A DNA stretch of 64,000 nt from Candidatus Lustribacter sp. (GTDB taxonomy: Bacteria; Vulcanimicrobiota; Vulcanimicrobiia; Vulcanimicrobiales; Vulcanimicrobiaceae). The translations under genes were made by a program, and so were the position numbers. The first letter of the stretch is position 1. Each line of letters starts with the position of its first letter. Shown here one piece after another: positions 51,303 to 61,051 of this stretch. The stretch lies in NCBI GenBank assembly GCA_965277805.1, contig OZ255842.1, positions 1,312,001 through 1,376,000 of the forward strand. Direction: 5' to 3'. The notes beneath the pieces were generated by a model that was not told the DNA's origin, searched no databases, and saw nothing but the letters and a program-made list of their open reading frames with translations.

Positions 51303-52516
51303 CGCACCCACCAGCCGACGACGCGCTCGACTTCGGCAAAGCTGGTGGTGCCCGCAACGATCTTTGCCGCGGCATCGTGATAGAGCGAACGGTGGCCGCG
51401 TTCGGCCGCGATGTGGGCCAGCGTCGCGCTCGAGGTGCCCGCCGCGATCGCTTCGCGGATCGCATCGTTCGCTTCTAGCACTTCGAAGATCCCGGTGCGT
51501 CCCGAATAGCCGGTTTCATCGCACGCCGCGCAACCCGCGGGAACGTACCAAATCGGCGCGTTGTCGGGAAGCATCCCGCGGATGTGCGCGGGAACGTCGG
51601 CCGGCTGCCGGCAGAAGCTGCAGAGTTTGCGCACCAGACGCTGCGCGACGACCGCCGTCAGTGCCGCAGCCAACGAGTGGCGAGCAACGCCCAGTTCGAC
51701 GAGGCGGTCGATCGTGCGCGCAGCGTCATTGCTGTGTACGGTCGCAAACACGGTCTGTCCGGCGAGCGCGGCGGATACACCGACAGCAGCGGTTTCGTCG
51801 TCGCGCATTTCCCCGATCATGATCACGTCGGGGTCTTGCCGAACGAACGCGCGCAACACGGCCGGAAACGTCAGCCCCGCGCGCACGTTCACTTGCACCT
51901 GTGCGGTTTGCGCAAGGCGCGCTTCGATCGGATCTTCGACCGTGCACACGTTGCGCAGCTCGCGGTCGAGTTCGGCGATCGATGCGTAGAGCGTCGTCGT
52001 CTTGCCCGAGCCGGTTGGACCGCTCACGACGACGAACCCCCACGGCGCGTGCGCGGTGCGCCGGTACGCCGCGAGTGCCGTGGGGCTCATTCCGAGATCG
52101 TCGAGCCGCGGCAGCGCCACGTGGTGGTCGAGCAGGCGGATGACGAGCTTCTCGCCGTCGATCGTTGGGATTGAGGAGACCCGTGCATCGATGCTGCGGC
52201 CCTCGACTACCACCGAATAGCGGCCGTCTTGCGGCAAGCGGCGATTGGCAATGTCGAGCCCGGCCAAGAGCTTGATGCGCGAGACGAACGGTGCGTAGAG
52301 GTCGCGCGCGATCGGCTCGCCGGGTCGCATGACCCCATCGACGCGCAGTCGGGTCCGGCCGGCGCTGTCGGCAGACGGTTCGATGTGGAGATCGCTCGCC
52401 CGCGCGGCGACGGCCCGGCGCAAGCTGGTATCGACTGCCCTCGTGACGGGCGCACCGGGATCGGCGGATGCTGAAGCGTCTAACGCTAAAAGCGCAGACG
52501 GTCGTAACGCGGCCAT
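51299..52516 (-). CDS. pilB: PilB/GspE extension ATPase (short form)
   Basis: ASDLHIEP, RRLPQDGR, GPTGSGKTTTLY, RQDPDVIMIGEMRD, tetracysteine CSFC/CAAC. Confidence 0.92.
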   Translation of the reverse strand: MAALRPSALLALDASASADPGAPVTRAVDTSLRRAVAARASDLHIEPSADSAGRTRLRVDGVMRPGEPIARDLYAPFVSRIKLLAGLDIANRRLPQDGRYSVVVEGRSIDARVSSIPTIDGEKLVIRLLDHHVALPRLDDLGMSPTALAAYRRTAHAPWGFVVVSGPTGSGKTTTLYASIAELDRELRNVCTVEDPIEARLAQTAQVQVNVRAGLTFPAVLRAFVRQDPDVIMIGEMRDDETAAVGVSAALAGQTVFATVHSNDAARTIDRLVELGVARHSLAAALTAVVAQRLVRKLCSFCRQPADVPAHIRGMLPDNAPIWYVPAGCAACDETGYSGRTGIFEVLEANDAIREAIAAGTSSATLAHIAAERGHRSLYHDAAAKIVAGTTSFAEVERVVGWWVR

Positions 52517-52611
52517 TTCACGGAAATTATCCGGCCGCGGGCGACTCGGCAGAAATTCCTACTATGGGTTATGCCACCAAACTGGCACATACCCGGCGCG
52601 CAAGGGGACCC

Positions 52612-53025
52612 ATGATCAGCTTTACGGACTACCTGACGATTAACACCAAAGAGCGCTACGAAATACGTGACATCACGGAAGAGGTCGAGCGGGTGCGGGC
52701 CCAGGCGAAGTTACGCGAAGGTTTCGTGCTGGTGAGCACGATGCACATCACGTCGAGTATTTTTGTGAACGATCACGAGACCGGGCTCTATGCCGACATC
52801 ATGAAATGGCTCGAGGGGCTGGCGCCGTTCGGGAAGGACTACAAGCATCATCTCACCGGTGAGGACAATGCCGACGCGCACCTCAAGCGGATGATCCTCG
52901 GTCATCAAGTGCTCGTGCCGGTCACCGATGGGAAACTCGACCTGGGTCCCTGGGAGCGCGTGCACTACGGCGAGTTCGACGGCCGCCGCAACAAGCGCGT
53001 CTTGCTGAAGGCGTTCGGGTTCTAG
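52612..53025 (+). CDS. yjbQ: YjbQ family (secondary thiamine-phosphate synthase) protein
   Basis: HITSSIFVND, HH..GEDNADAHLK, LGPWE...EFDG. Confidence 0.9.
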   Translation: MISFTDYLTINTKERYEIRDITEEVERVRAQAKLREGFVLVSTMHITSSIFVNDHETGLYADIMKWLEGLAPFGKDYKHHLTGEDNADAHLKRMILGHQVLVPVTDGKLDLGPWERVHYGEFDGRRNKRVLLKAFGF

Positions 53026-53861
53026 GCGTTCTCGATGTCCAGGCCGACGTCGAGCACGCGGACGCTGTGCGTGAGGGCGCCGCTTGAGATCAGGTCGACG
53101 CCGGTCTCGGCGACGGCGCGCACGGTGGTGTGGTCGATGCCGCCCGAGGATTCGAGCAGGGCCCGGCCGGCGGTGCGCACGACGGCGGCGCGCGTTTGTT
53201 CGATTGAGAAATTATCCAGCAGCACGATGTCGGCGCGGGCGGCGAGGGCCTCGTCGAGCTGTTCGATCGAATCGACCTCGACCTCAATCTTCACGAGATG
53301 GCCCGCGTAGGCGCGTGCCGCTTCGATCGCCGGGCGGATGCCGCCGGCGACCGCGACGTGGTTGTCCTTGATCAGGATCGCATCGTCGAGACCGAAGCGG
53401 TGGTTGGCGCCGCCGCCGTGACGGATCGCCGCTTTCTCGAGTGCGCGCATGTTGGGCGTCGTCTTGCGCGTGTCGATGATGACGGCGTTCGTACCTGCGA
53501 CGGCTTCGACGAGCTTACTCGTCGCGGTCGCTACGCCGGAGAGATGGCTCAGGATGTTGAGCGCGGTGCGCTCGCCGGCCAAGATTGCCCGCAGCGGCCC
53601 GTGAACGCTCGCGATCGGGGTTCCCGCGCTCACCCGATCGCCGTCGGCGGCATGCAGCTCGACCCGGACCCGCTCGTCGATGAGCGTGAACGTCCGGGCG
53701 AACGGCTCGACGCCGGAGATCACGCCGGTTGCGCGGCCGACGGCCTTCGCCGTCCCCATCGCGTCCGGGGCGACGATCGCGTCGGTGGTGATGTCGCCGG
53801 CGCGGCCGAGGTCCTCGCGCAGTGCTGCCTTCAAGAAATCTTCGTAGATCAGTCCGATCAT
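53022..53861 (-). CDS. nadC: Quinolinate phosphoribosyltransferase
   Basis: [32 protein letters not shown]. Confidence 0.96.
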   Translation of the reverse strand: MIGLIYEDFLKAALREDLGRAGDITTDAIVAPDAMGTAKAVGRATGVISGVEPFARTFTLIDERVRVELHAADGDRVSAGTPIASVHGPLRAILAGERTALNILSHLSGVATATSKLVEAVAGTNAVIIDTRKTTPNMRALEKAAIRHGGGANHRFGLDDAILIKDNHVAVAGGIRPAIEAARAYAGHLVKIEVEVDSIEQLDEALAARADIVLLDNFSIEQTRAAVVRTAGRALLESSGGIDHTTVRAVAETGVDLISSGALTHSVRVLDVGLDIENA

Positions 53862-54853
53862 ACGGCGATCATCGCTTCGAGCGCGCGCTGCGCCCGAACG
53901 CGGATTGCCTCGTCGACCAGCACCTCGTCTTGCAGCGTCTCGAGCGAGCGCAAAATCTTCGGCAGCGTCGTGCGCTTCATGTGCGGGCAGAGGTTGCACG
54001 GCCGCACGAACTCGACGTTGGCGAATTCGGCGGCGACGTTATCGCTCATCGAACATTCGGTAAGCATCACGACGCGCTTATCCTGATGATCGCGCACGAA
54101 GTCGCTCATCGCAGCGGTCGAACCGGCGAAGTCCACTGACGCCAGCACGTCGGGCGGGCATTCGGGATGCGCGATCACCACGATCCCCTCGTCGCCTTCG
54201 CGGAGCTGCTCGACGTCGATCGCGCGGAAGCGCTCGTGCACTTCGCAGTGGCCGTGCCACGGGATGATCTCGACGTCCGTGTTCGACGCGACGTAGCTCG
54301 CGAGAAACGCATCCGGCAGCATGAGCACGCGCGGTGCGCCGAGCGATTCGACGATCTTCACGGCGTTGGACGACGTGCAGCAAATATCCGATTCGGCCTT
54401 GACCGCGGCGCTCGTATTCACGTACGTGACGACCGGCACGCCGGGATAGTTCTCGCGCAACGCGCGCACGTCGGCGGCGGTGATCGATTCGGCCAGCGAA
54501 CAGCCGGCGCGCGCATCGGGCACAACGACCGTGCGATGCGGGTTGAGAATCTTCGCGGTCTCACCCATGAAGTGCACGCCGCACACCACGATGATGTCGG
54601 CGTCGACGCGGCAGGCTTCGCGCGCGAGTTGCAGCGAGTCGCCGACGATATCGGCCACGCCGTGGAAGATCTCCGGCGTTTGGTAGTTGTGCGCGAGAAT
54701 CACCGCGTTGCGTTCGCGTTTGAGGCGATTGATCGCATCGATGTACGGTGCGAAGAGATCCCACTCCGCGGGAGTAATGACGCGCGAGACGCGGTCGTAG
54801 AGGGGGTGCGTGCGTTCCGCGATCGCGGGGGTAAGGGGCAGAAGATCGATCAT
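53858..54853 (-). CDS. nadA: Quinolinate synthase
   Basis: [38 protein letters not shown]. Confidence 0.96.
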   Translation of the reverse strand: MIDLLPLTPAIAERTHPLYDRVSRVITPAEWDLFAPYIDAINRLKRERNAVILAHNYQTPEIFHGVADIVGDSLQLAREACRVDADIIVVCGVHFMGETAKILNPHRTVVVPDARAGCSLAESITAADVRALRENYPGVPVVTYVNTSAAVKAESDICCTSSNAVKIVESLGAPRVLMLPDAFLASYVASNTDVEIIPWHGHCEVHERFRAIDVEQLREGDEGIVVIAHPECPPDVLASVDFAGSTAAMSDFVRDHQDKRVVMLTECSMSDNVAAEFANVEFVRPCNLCPHMKRTTLPKILRSLETLQDEVLVDEAIRVRAQRALEAMIAV

Positions 54854-54883
54854 AGGGGCCGGCTTTGCGGTAGTGAGCGGCCC

Positions 54884-54904
54884 TTATTCTAATACTGAGA
54901 AAAA
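54884..54904. promoter_or_regulatory. NadQ-operator-like imperfect palindrome overlapping a TAGAAT -10 for nadA
   Basis: TTATTCTA-ATACT-GAGAAAAA resembles recalled ttATRCTC-n5-GAGYATaa. Confidence 0.55.
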
Positions 54905-54926
54905 GAAGATGATGCGACTAAAGTCG

Positions 54927-55832
54927 CTATCGGATGCCGATTCCCGGGTCCGGACGCTCGGCGAGCACGTCCGGGCGGAAGCGGAACGTCTCGGCCGGCC
55001 GGCCCGAGGTGCGGCGGTGACCGCCCGTGCTCTCGACGATGCCGCTCTCGGCCACGAGGCGGCGGAAGTTGGGCCCGTGCAGTTCCATGCCGGCCAGTGC
55101 CTCGACCGTGGTTTGGAGTTCGGAGAGCGTGAACGTCTCGCCGATCAGCTCGAACACCACCGGACGGTACTTGATTTTGCCGCGCAGCCGGCCGATCGCG
55201 GTCGCCAAGATCCGGCGGTGATCGAGGTCCATCGGCTCACCGAGCGTCGCGATCGCATTCGCGCCTTCGGGCGCCATGCTCAATTCGTAGAGGCACTCGT
55301 AGCGCTCGAGCACGGCTTCGTTATTCCACGGCGCACCGTCGAGGCCGAACGCCACGCGTGCGCGGAACGCGCGGCCCGCGTCGTCGCGCGCGGCCGCGGT
55401 CCAACGGCGCAGCAGCGGCACGATCGTGCGATCGAGGATCTCGGGCCGCCCGGCACGCGCGTCTTCCCATGGAAAGAAGCGATACCAATCGAGCCACGTG
55501 CCGCCGCGCGACGCGCTATCGGCTTCATCCATGCCGGTCAGCGCCAGATATCCCACGCTGACGTAGCGGGGACCGCCGCTCACCTCGCGCGGGTCGCGGT
55601 GCCGGTCACCGAACGTGTAGAGCTGCTCGAGGTAGCCTTCGCGCAAGCCTGCCTGATCGCTCAACACACGGCGCGCCGCGAGTTCGAGCGTGCGATCGAG
55701 TGCCGGCGTAAACGCGCCGCTGGGCAAGCGCGGCCGGCCGTCGGGCGCGAACGTGAGCACGTGGGGTGTATCCGCGCGCACGCCCACAACGACTGCGTCG
55801 ATGCCCAAGCGCGCCGGAGTTTCCTCGGCCAT
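54927..55832 (-). CDS. nadQ: NadQ/NrtR-family Nudix-wHTH transcriptional regulator
   Basis: EQLYTFGDR, WYRFFPWED, DHRRILATAIGRLRGKIKYRP, FTLSELQ, NFRR, GRPA; adjacent to nadAC. Confidence 0.88.
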   Translation of the reverse strand: MAEETPARLGIDAVVVGVRADTPHVLTFAPDGRPRLPSGAFTPALDRTLELAARRVLSDQAGLREGYLEQLYTFGDRHRDPREVSGGPRYVSVGYLALTGMDEADSASRGGTWLDWYRFFPWEDARAGRPEILDRTIVPLLRRWTAAARDDAGRAFRARVAFGLDGAPWNNEAVLERYECLYELSMAPEGANAIATLGEPMDLDHRRILATAIGRLRGKIKYRPVVFELIGETFTLSELQTTVEALAGMELHGPNFRRLVAESGIVESTGGHRRTSGRPAETFRFRPDVLAERPDPGIGIR

Positions 55833-55884
55833 TGCCGTTCCCAGTTCGCGGGGGCCTCCGTCTGACCCACCGAAAAACGAATCG

Positions 55885-56400
55885 GTGAAGGTATGCATCG
55901 TAGCGCTCGCGCTCGTGGTCCTGGGCGTGGCGCTGCCGGCGCAAGCCGCCACGTATCGTGGCGTAGCAAGTGCGCCGAGCGTGGTCTGGATTTCGGGGGA
56001 CATGCCGGCACCGGTTCCGAGTGCTGCGATCCATCAGACGAGCAAAACCTTCGTTCCCGCACTGCTCGTCGTTCCGGCCGGCTCGAGCGTGCGTTTCCCC
56101 AACGACGATCAGTTCTATCACAGCGTCTACAGCGACTCGCCGAGCAATCCGTTCGACCTGGGCCTTTACGACAATGGTCCCGGCAAGAGCGTCGAGTTCG
56201 ACAACGCCGGCGTTGTCGAGGTGCGCTGCCACGTGCACGGATCGATGCACGCGACCATCGTGGTGGTCGACGGTCCCTACGTGGTGACCGTGAAACCGAA
56301 CGAGCGTTACCGCATCGCGGGCGTGCGCCCGGGTTTGCGCGTGCTGCACGTGTGGAGCGAGGGCGGCACGATCACGGCGACGCCGGTGGTGGTTAGATAG
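55885..56400 (+). CDS. Secreted cupredoxin-like protein
   Basis: Signal peptide; FPNDD..HSVYS and CHVHGSM type-1 copper ligands. Confidence 0.82.
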   Translation: MKVCIVALALVVLGVALPAQAATYRGVASAPSVVWISGDMPAPVPSAAIHQTSKTFVPALLVVPAGSSVRFPNDDQFYHSVYSDSPSNPFDLGLYDNGPGKSVEFDNAGVVEVRCHVHGSMHATIVVVDGPYVVTVKPNERYRIAGVRPGLRVLHVWSEGGTITATPVVVR

Positions 56401-57634
56401 CGCGCAAGCGCTCCATCACGACGCGCTGGGCAAACTTGACTTCGCCGCTCGCGCGCGGCGGCGGCACGATCTCGCCGCGTACGACGAGCGCAACGAACGC
56501 GGCAACGCAGCGGCGATCGAATTGGGTTCCCTCGCCGCGTTGCAGTTCGGCTACGGCGGCATCGGCACCGAGGCCGGCGCGATACGGCCGATCGGTCGTC
56601 ATCGCATCGAAGGCGTCGGCGACCGCGATGATGCGCGCGCCGAACGGGATGTCCGTTCCGACGAGCCCATCGGGATAGCCGCGTCCGTCCCAACGTTCGT
56701 GATGGTGCAGAATGCACGGATGGATATCGCACATCGACGGGATGCCGTCGATCAGTCCGGCGCCGATCACGGGATGGCCGCGAATCAGCAACCGTTCTTC
56801 ATCATCCAGCGGTCCGTTCTTGAAGAGCACCGCATCGGGCACGCCGACCTTTCCGATGTCGTGCAGCAGTGCGGCGTGTTCGATCGTCTGCGTTTCCGCG
56901 AGCGATAGCCCGAGATCGATCGCCAAGAGGCGGCTGTACGCGGCCACGCGGCGCGAGTGTCCGGCGGTATACGGATCGCGCAAGTCGATCGTTTCCGCTA
57001 AGGTCGTGAGGGTTTGGAAAAACGAGTCCTGTGCTTCACGCCGGCGGCGTTCGATCTCGCGCGAAGCACCGGCCGCTAGCGCAACGAGGGCGCAGAAGAT
57101 GAGGGCGACGACGGCGGTGGTCGCCGCGGCGACCTGGAAACGTTCGCCGGCAAACTGATTGTGAAGCTGCCCCGGCACGACGTCGATCGCAACGACGAAC
57201 CGCTTGCCGCTGCCGGTGACGAACGGCTCGTACATCGTGCGCGTATCGTGGTGGTCATCCGAGATGATCGAGTCGCTGGCTTGCGTTTGTGCGACGAGTG
57301 CAGCAGCGGGCGGTGCGGAAAGCGGGTAGACCGGCCGGCCGTCGGTGCGGTAGACGCGCAGCGCGGAGATGAACTCGCGCAGCGTAGCATCTCCGGCGGC
57401 GGCGCGAAATTCGGCGGAGAGGGCCGGCGTGAGATGCCCGGCGGCCGCGTAGCCTTCGAGCGGCAGCGCGATCTTCGCGTCGATTTGGCCGACCGCCGTC
57501 ACGACTTCGTCGCGTTCGACCGATTGCTGGTGCAGCGACTCGAGCACGAATGCCAGCACAACCGCAGCTGCGAATGCGGCCGCAAAGGTGGCCAGCGTGA
57601 AGCGCGTGAGGAACGTCAGCCGCGGCAGCTTCAT
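56393..57634 (-). CDS. Membrane-bound HD-GYP phosphodiesterase
   Basis: Two TM helices flanking a sensor domain; TAGHSRRV, LLHDIGK, HHERWDGRGYP, ADAFDAMTTDRPY. Confidence 0.93.
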   Translation of the reverse strand: MKLPRLTFLTRFTLATFAAAFAAAVVLAFVLESLHQQSVERDEVVTAVGQIDAKIALPLEGYAAAGHLTPALSAEFRAAAGDATLREFISALRVYRTDGRPVYPLSAPPAAALVAQTQASDSIISDDHHDTRTMYEPFVTGSGKRFVVAIDVVPGQLHNQFAGERFQVAAATTAVVALIFCALVALAAGASREIERRRREAQDSFFQTLTTLAETIDLRDPYTAGHSRRVAAYSRLLAIDLGLSLAETQTIEHAALLHDIGKVGVPDAVLFKNGPLDDEERLLIRGHPVIGAGLIDGIPSMCDIHPCILHHHERWDGRGYPDGLVGTDIPFGARIIAVADAFDAMTTDRPYRAGLGADAAVAELQRGEGTQFDRRCVAAFVALVVRGEIVPPPRASGEVKFAQRVVMERLRAI

Positions 57635-57638
57635 GCGA

Positions 57639-58160
57639 TTATGAAACGAAACCGGTGGCGTAGCTGCGCACGCCGAGCGCTTGTGATAGCAGCGCGACGT
57701 GCGTCGTTTCCACGCCGAGGATCGATGCCGCGACGCCGGCCAAGGCCCGGTCGTGCAGCTCCGGGATGACCGAGAGGTACGTCGATGCCGCCTTCATTTC
57801 GACGACATTCGCGAACGCGATGACGTCGTGTTCGGTTGCGAGCGGCGGATAGGCGATCGGTGCGATCGCGGTTGACGGCACGGCACCGGCGCTGCGCACG
57901 GCGCCCATGAGCGCATCGCGGTGGGCGGTGTGGTCGGCGGCGAAGCGCGAGGCGATGGCCAGCACCGGCGCCGAGAGAAGTTTCGTCGCCGCGGCGTCGG
58001 CGTAGGCTTTGATGCCGGCGCGCTCGAGTTCGATCGCGCTGTTGAGCGTTGCGATATCGTCCGGATTCGCGGTGGCGGCGGCTGCCGCGAACTGCGACAA
58101 AAGTGGCAGGCCGAATGCGGCGATACCGGTTCCAAAGACGAGCAGCCGATTTCGATTCAT
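57639..58160 (-). CDS. Exported ferritin-like domain protein
   Basis: Signal-like N-terminus; LNSAIELE...Y, H..H, E...TYL, ILGVETTH. Confidence 0.82.
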   Translation of the reverse strand: MNRNRLLVFGTGIAAFGLPLLSQFAAAAATANPDDIATLNSAIELERAGIKAYADAAATKLLSAPVLAIASRFAADHTAHRDALMGAVRSAGAVPSTAIAPIAYPPLATEHDVIAFANVVEMKAASTYLSVIPELHDRALAGVAASILGVETTHVALLSQALGVRSYATGFVS

Positions 58161-58170
58161 GCTGCTTACA

Positions 58171-58197
58171 TTACGTTAAAACCGGCGGCTTGGATGG
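58171..58197 (-). promoter_or_regulatory. ECF (SigK-like) promoter CCATCC-N16-CGTAA upstream of the ferritin-like gene
   Basis: Motif lies 10 nt upstream of the ATG; resembles recalled ECF18/19 promoter consensus. Confidence 0.4.
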
Positions 58198-58230
58198 CCG
58201 CAGCCGTAAAGATACGCAGTGTTTGGTTTG

Positions 58231-59478
58231 TTAATGCGACGTAAGGACGACTCCGATTGCCGCCACCGTCATGAGACCGATCGTGATCCAGAGCCAGATT
58301 TGCGAGCGCCGTCCGTTGCGCCAGCGGCCCATCGTAGCGGTACTGTTCCCAGTGCACACGACGCCGATCAGAAGCGGGATCGCGACGAAGCCGTTGACCA
58401 CCGCCGACCAGTAGAGCGCGGACACGGCATCGAGCCGCATCAAATCGGCCACTACGCCGAGCGCGATGCCGGCTGCGATCACGCTATAGAAGGGCACCGC
58501 TGCACTCGGCTTCGCGTCGAGCGTGCCGGTCCAATCGAAGGCTTCGGCCATCGCAAACGCCGACGAGCCGGCGAGCACCGGCACGGCGAGCAATCCCGCG
58601 CCGACCACGCCGAGGGCGAAGAGCAACTCGGCCCATGGGCCGGCGAGCGGGCGCAGAGCGCTCGCCGCGTCGGCCACGCTGTTGATGGTCACGTGATGGC
58701 GGAAGAGCGTCGTCGCGCTGATCAATACGATGAACCACGCGATCACGTTCGAGTAGAGCATGCCGGTCACGACGTCGGCGCGCATTTCCGTGATGGCGGA
58801 TTTCGTCGAGCCCTTGCGCTCTTCAACAGTCGTTTGACCGGCGGCGACCTCCTCTTCGACCTCGAGGGCAGCTTGCCACACGAATAGATACGGCGTAATG
58901 GTCGTGCCGAGAAATCCGACGAACGTGGCCATCCAGAACTTGTTGAATTGTATCTCGGGCAGAAACGTGTGCCTGATCGCCTCGGCCCAGTTCACGCCGA
59001 CAACGACGGCGCTGACGACGTAGGCGAAGAGGGTGAGGCAGAGCCATTTCACGATGTCGGCGAACACGCGATACGACGCAAAGACTTGCACACCGATCAG
59101 CAGCGCACCGAACACCACAGCCCACGCCCCGGAGGGAATGGGCGTCACGAGCGCGGCCGATGACGACATGCCCGCGATGTCGGCGGCGATGTTGAGCGTG
59201 TTGGCGGCGACCACGAGGGCAACGAGCACGCGCAAGAGCCACACCGGCATGACCCGCCGCATCGAGGCGATCAAGCCAGAACCGCTCACGATTCCGATGC
59301 GTGCGCACATCTCTTGCACGGCGATCATCATCGGAATCGTGATCAGTGCGACCCACAGCAAACCGTAGCCGAGACTCGCGCCCGCGATCGAATAGGTGGC
59401 GATGCCCGAAGGGTCGTCGTCGGAGGCGCCGGTGATGATGCCGGGGCCGAGTTTTTGCGCCCAGACGGGCAGTTTCAC
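58231..59478 (-). CDS. NRAMP-related divalent metal transporter
   Basis: LGPGIITGASDDDPSGIATYS, QEMCARIG, GTTITPYL; about 11 TM helices. Confidence 0.9.
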   Translation of the reverse strand: MKLPVWAQKLGPGIITGASDDDPSGIATYSIAGASLGYGLLWVALITIPMMIAVQEMCARIGIVSGSGLIASMRRVMPVWLLRVLVALVVAANTLNIAADIAGMSSSAALVTPIPSGAWAVVFGALLIGVQVFASYRVFADIVKWLCLTLFAYVVSAVVVGVNWAEAIRHTFLPEIQFNKFWMATFVGFLGTTITPYLFVWQAALEVEEEVAAGQTTVEERKGSTKSAITEMRADVVTGMLYSNVIAWFIVLISATTLFRHHVTINSVADAASALRPLAGPWAELLFALGVVGAGLLAVPVLAGSSAFAMAEAFDWTGTLDAKPSAAVPFYSVIAAGIALGVVADLMRLDAVSALYWSAVVNGFVAIPLLIGVVCTGNSTATMGRWRNGRRSQIWLWITIGLMTVAAIGVVLTSH

Positions 59479-60995
59479 TAGCGCCCGGTGGTTTGGTCGA
59501 GAAAGTCGAGTTCGGCCGTGCGAAACGCGGTGCCGGTCGAAACCGTATCGCCGAAGACGATGAAACGGTCGCCCGCGGGCGTGTAGGGGGGCCACACGCT
59601 CGTGCCGGGCGGATTCGGATTTCCGGTTTTGGCGAACTGCGTCCACATGGTTTCCATCGCTTCGGAGACGGCGTTGTCGGTCGCGTCGAACGCGGGTGCC
59701 GGCGCACCGACTCCGTTCACCGCCGGTGCGTTGAACACATACGGCAATTCGTCACTGTGCCCGGGAAGTTTTCCGGCGCGCGCGCGAGTGAAGAGGTAGC
59801 GGTAGACCGGGGCGCCGGCTTTGGCCATGACCACGGCCATTTTGCGGACGCCGGTGTTGATGTCCATGTCGCCCACGATCGTCGCTTCAGCGTTCAGCGC
59901 GCCGGCGTCGTCGGAGGCCGGATAGAACGCGCGCGCCTGCGGTGCCGAGGCGCCGAAGCGTTTCTTCAACGCGGCATCGTACATCGCGAGCGTTTTCACC
60001 GGAATACCGCGCGCGAAGAACGAGCCTTCGTTGACGTTGTTGCCGACGATGATCGGCACGACGGTTTCCTTACCGGCTGCATAGGCCGCGCGCTCGTCGG
60101 GCACGACCACGTTGTCGGCGATCGGACCCAGCGTGATCGCGAGATCGCTGCGCGTGTCGGGATCGAGCGGCGGAATGCGTTTCATCAGGTCGTCTAGAGA
60201 CATCGCACGCAGCGCGGCGAGGCCGGCACCCGCGGCTAGCGTTACACCGGCCGCTTCGGCCTCCGCGAGTTTCAACTGCGGACGGAAAACCGGCGCGCTT
60301 TCCATGATCGCGCGTTCGAACAGGCCTTTTGCGCGCGGCATGGTCATCAGCGCCGAGACCGAGCCGGCGCCGGCGGACTCGCCCACGATCGTCACGTTGT
60401 GCGGATCGCCGCCGAATGCCGCCGCGTTCGCCTGCACCCAGTGCAGCACCGCGACTTGATCGAGCAGACCGTAATTTCCCGACGTGCGATCGGGCGATTC
60501 GGCAGTCAGCGCCGGATGCGCGAGGAAGCCGAAGACGTTGAGGCGGTAGTTGAACGTAACGAGCACCACGCCGTGACCTGCGAGCGACGTGCCGTCAAAC
60601 GTCGGTGAGTTCGCGGCTCCCACCGCGTAGCCGCCGCCGAAGATGTAGATCATCACCGGCAAGTGCGCGCCGGCGCCGGCCGGCGTCCAGACGTTGAGCG
60701 TCAGGCAGTCTTCGCTGTTCGGAACGCCGGGCGGCGCGGGCTGGGCGCACTCGGGTCCGAACGCCGTTGCGTCGCGTACGCCGGTCCAGCGGGCCGGTGG
60801 CTGCGGTGGTTTCCAGCGCAGCGGCCCCACGGGCGGTGCGGCAAATGGGATGCCTTTGAAGGATCGCACGTCGCCGCCCGTGCCGGACACGATCCCGGCG
60901 GTGGTCTGGGCCGTCACCGCCGGCGCATCGGCAGCGCGTGCGGCGCCGAGCGATATTGCGGCGACGACGGCAAAACCGGGAACGGCTAGACGCAT
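59478..60995 (-). CDS. Secreted type-B carboxylesterase/lipase
   Basis: KGIPFAAPP, SEDCLTLNVW, GNYGLLDQ, GESAG, HSDEL; signal peptide. Confidence 0.93.
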   Translation of the reverse strand: MRLAVPGFAVVAAISLGAARAADAPAVTAQTTAGIVSGTGGDVRSFKGIPFAAPPVGPLRWKPPQPPARWTGVRDATAFGPECAQPAPPGVPNSEDCLTLNVWTPAGAGAHLPVMIYIFGGGYAVGAANSPTFDGTSLAGHGVVLVTFNYRLNVFGFLAHPALTAESPDRTSGNYGLLDQVAVLHWVQANAAAFGGDPHNVTIVGESAGAGSVSALMTMPRAKGLFERAIMESAPVFRPQLKLAEAEAAGVTLAAGAGLAALRAMSLDDLMKRIPPLDPDTRSDLAITLGPIADNVVVPDERAAYAAGKETVVPIIVGNNVNEGSFFARGIPVKTLAMYDAALKKRFGASAPQARAFYPASDDAGALNAEATIVGDMDINTGVRKMAVVMAKAGAPVYRYLFTRARAGKLPGHSDELPYVFNAPAVNGVGAPAPAFDATDNAVSEAMETMWTQFAKTGNPNPPGTSVWPPYTPAGDRFIVFGDTVSTGTAFRTAELDFLDQTTGR

Positions 60996-61051
60996 AGCTC
61001 GTAGCATTGTACCGGCGTAGCGTGCGCGCCGTGGAAATTCCTTGCCGAGCG

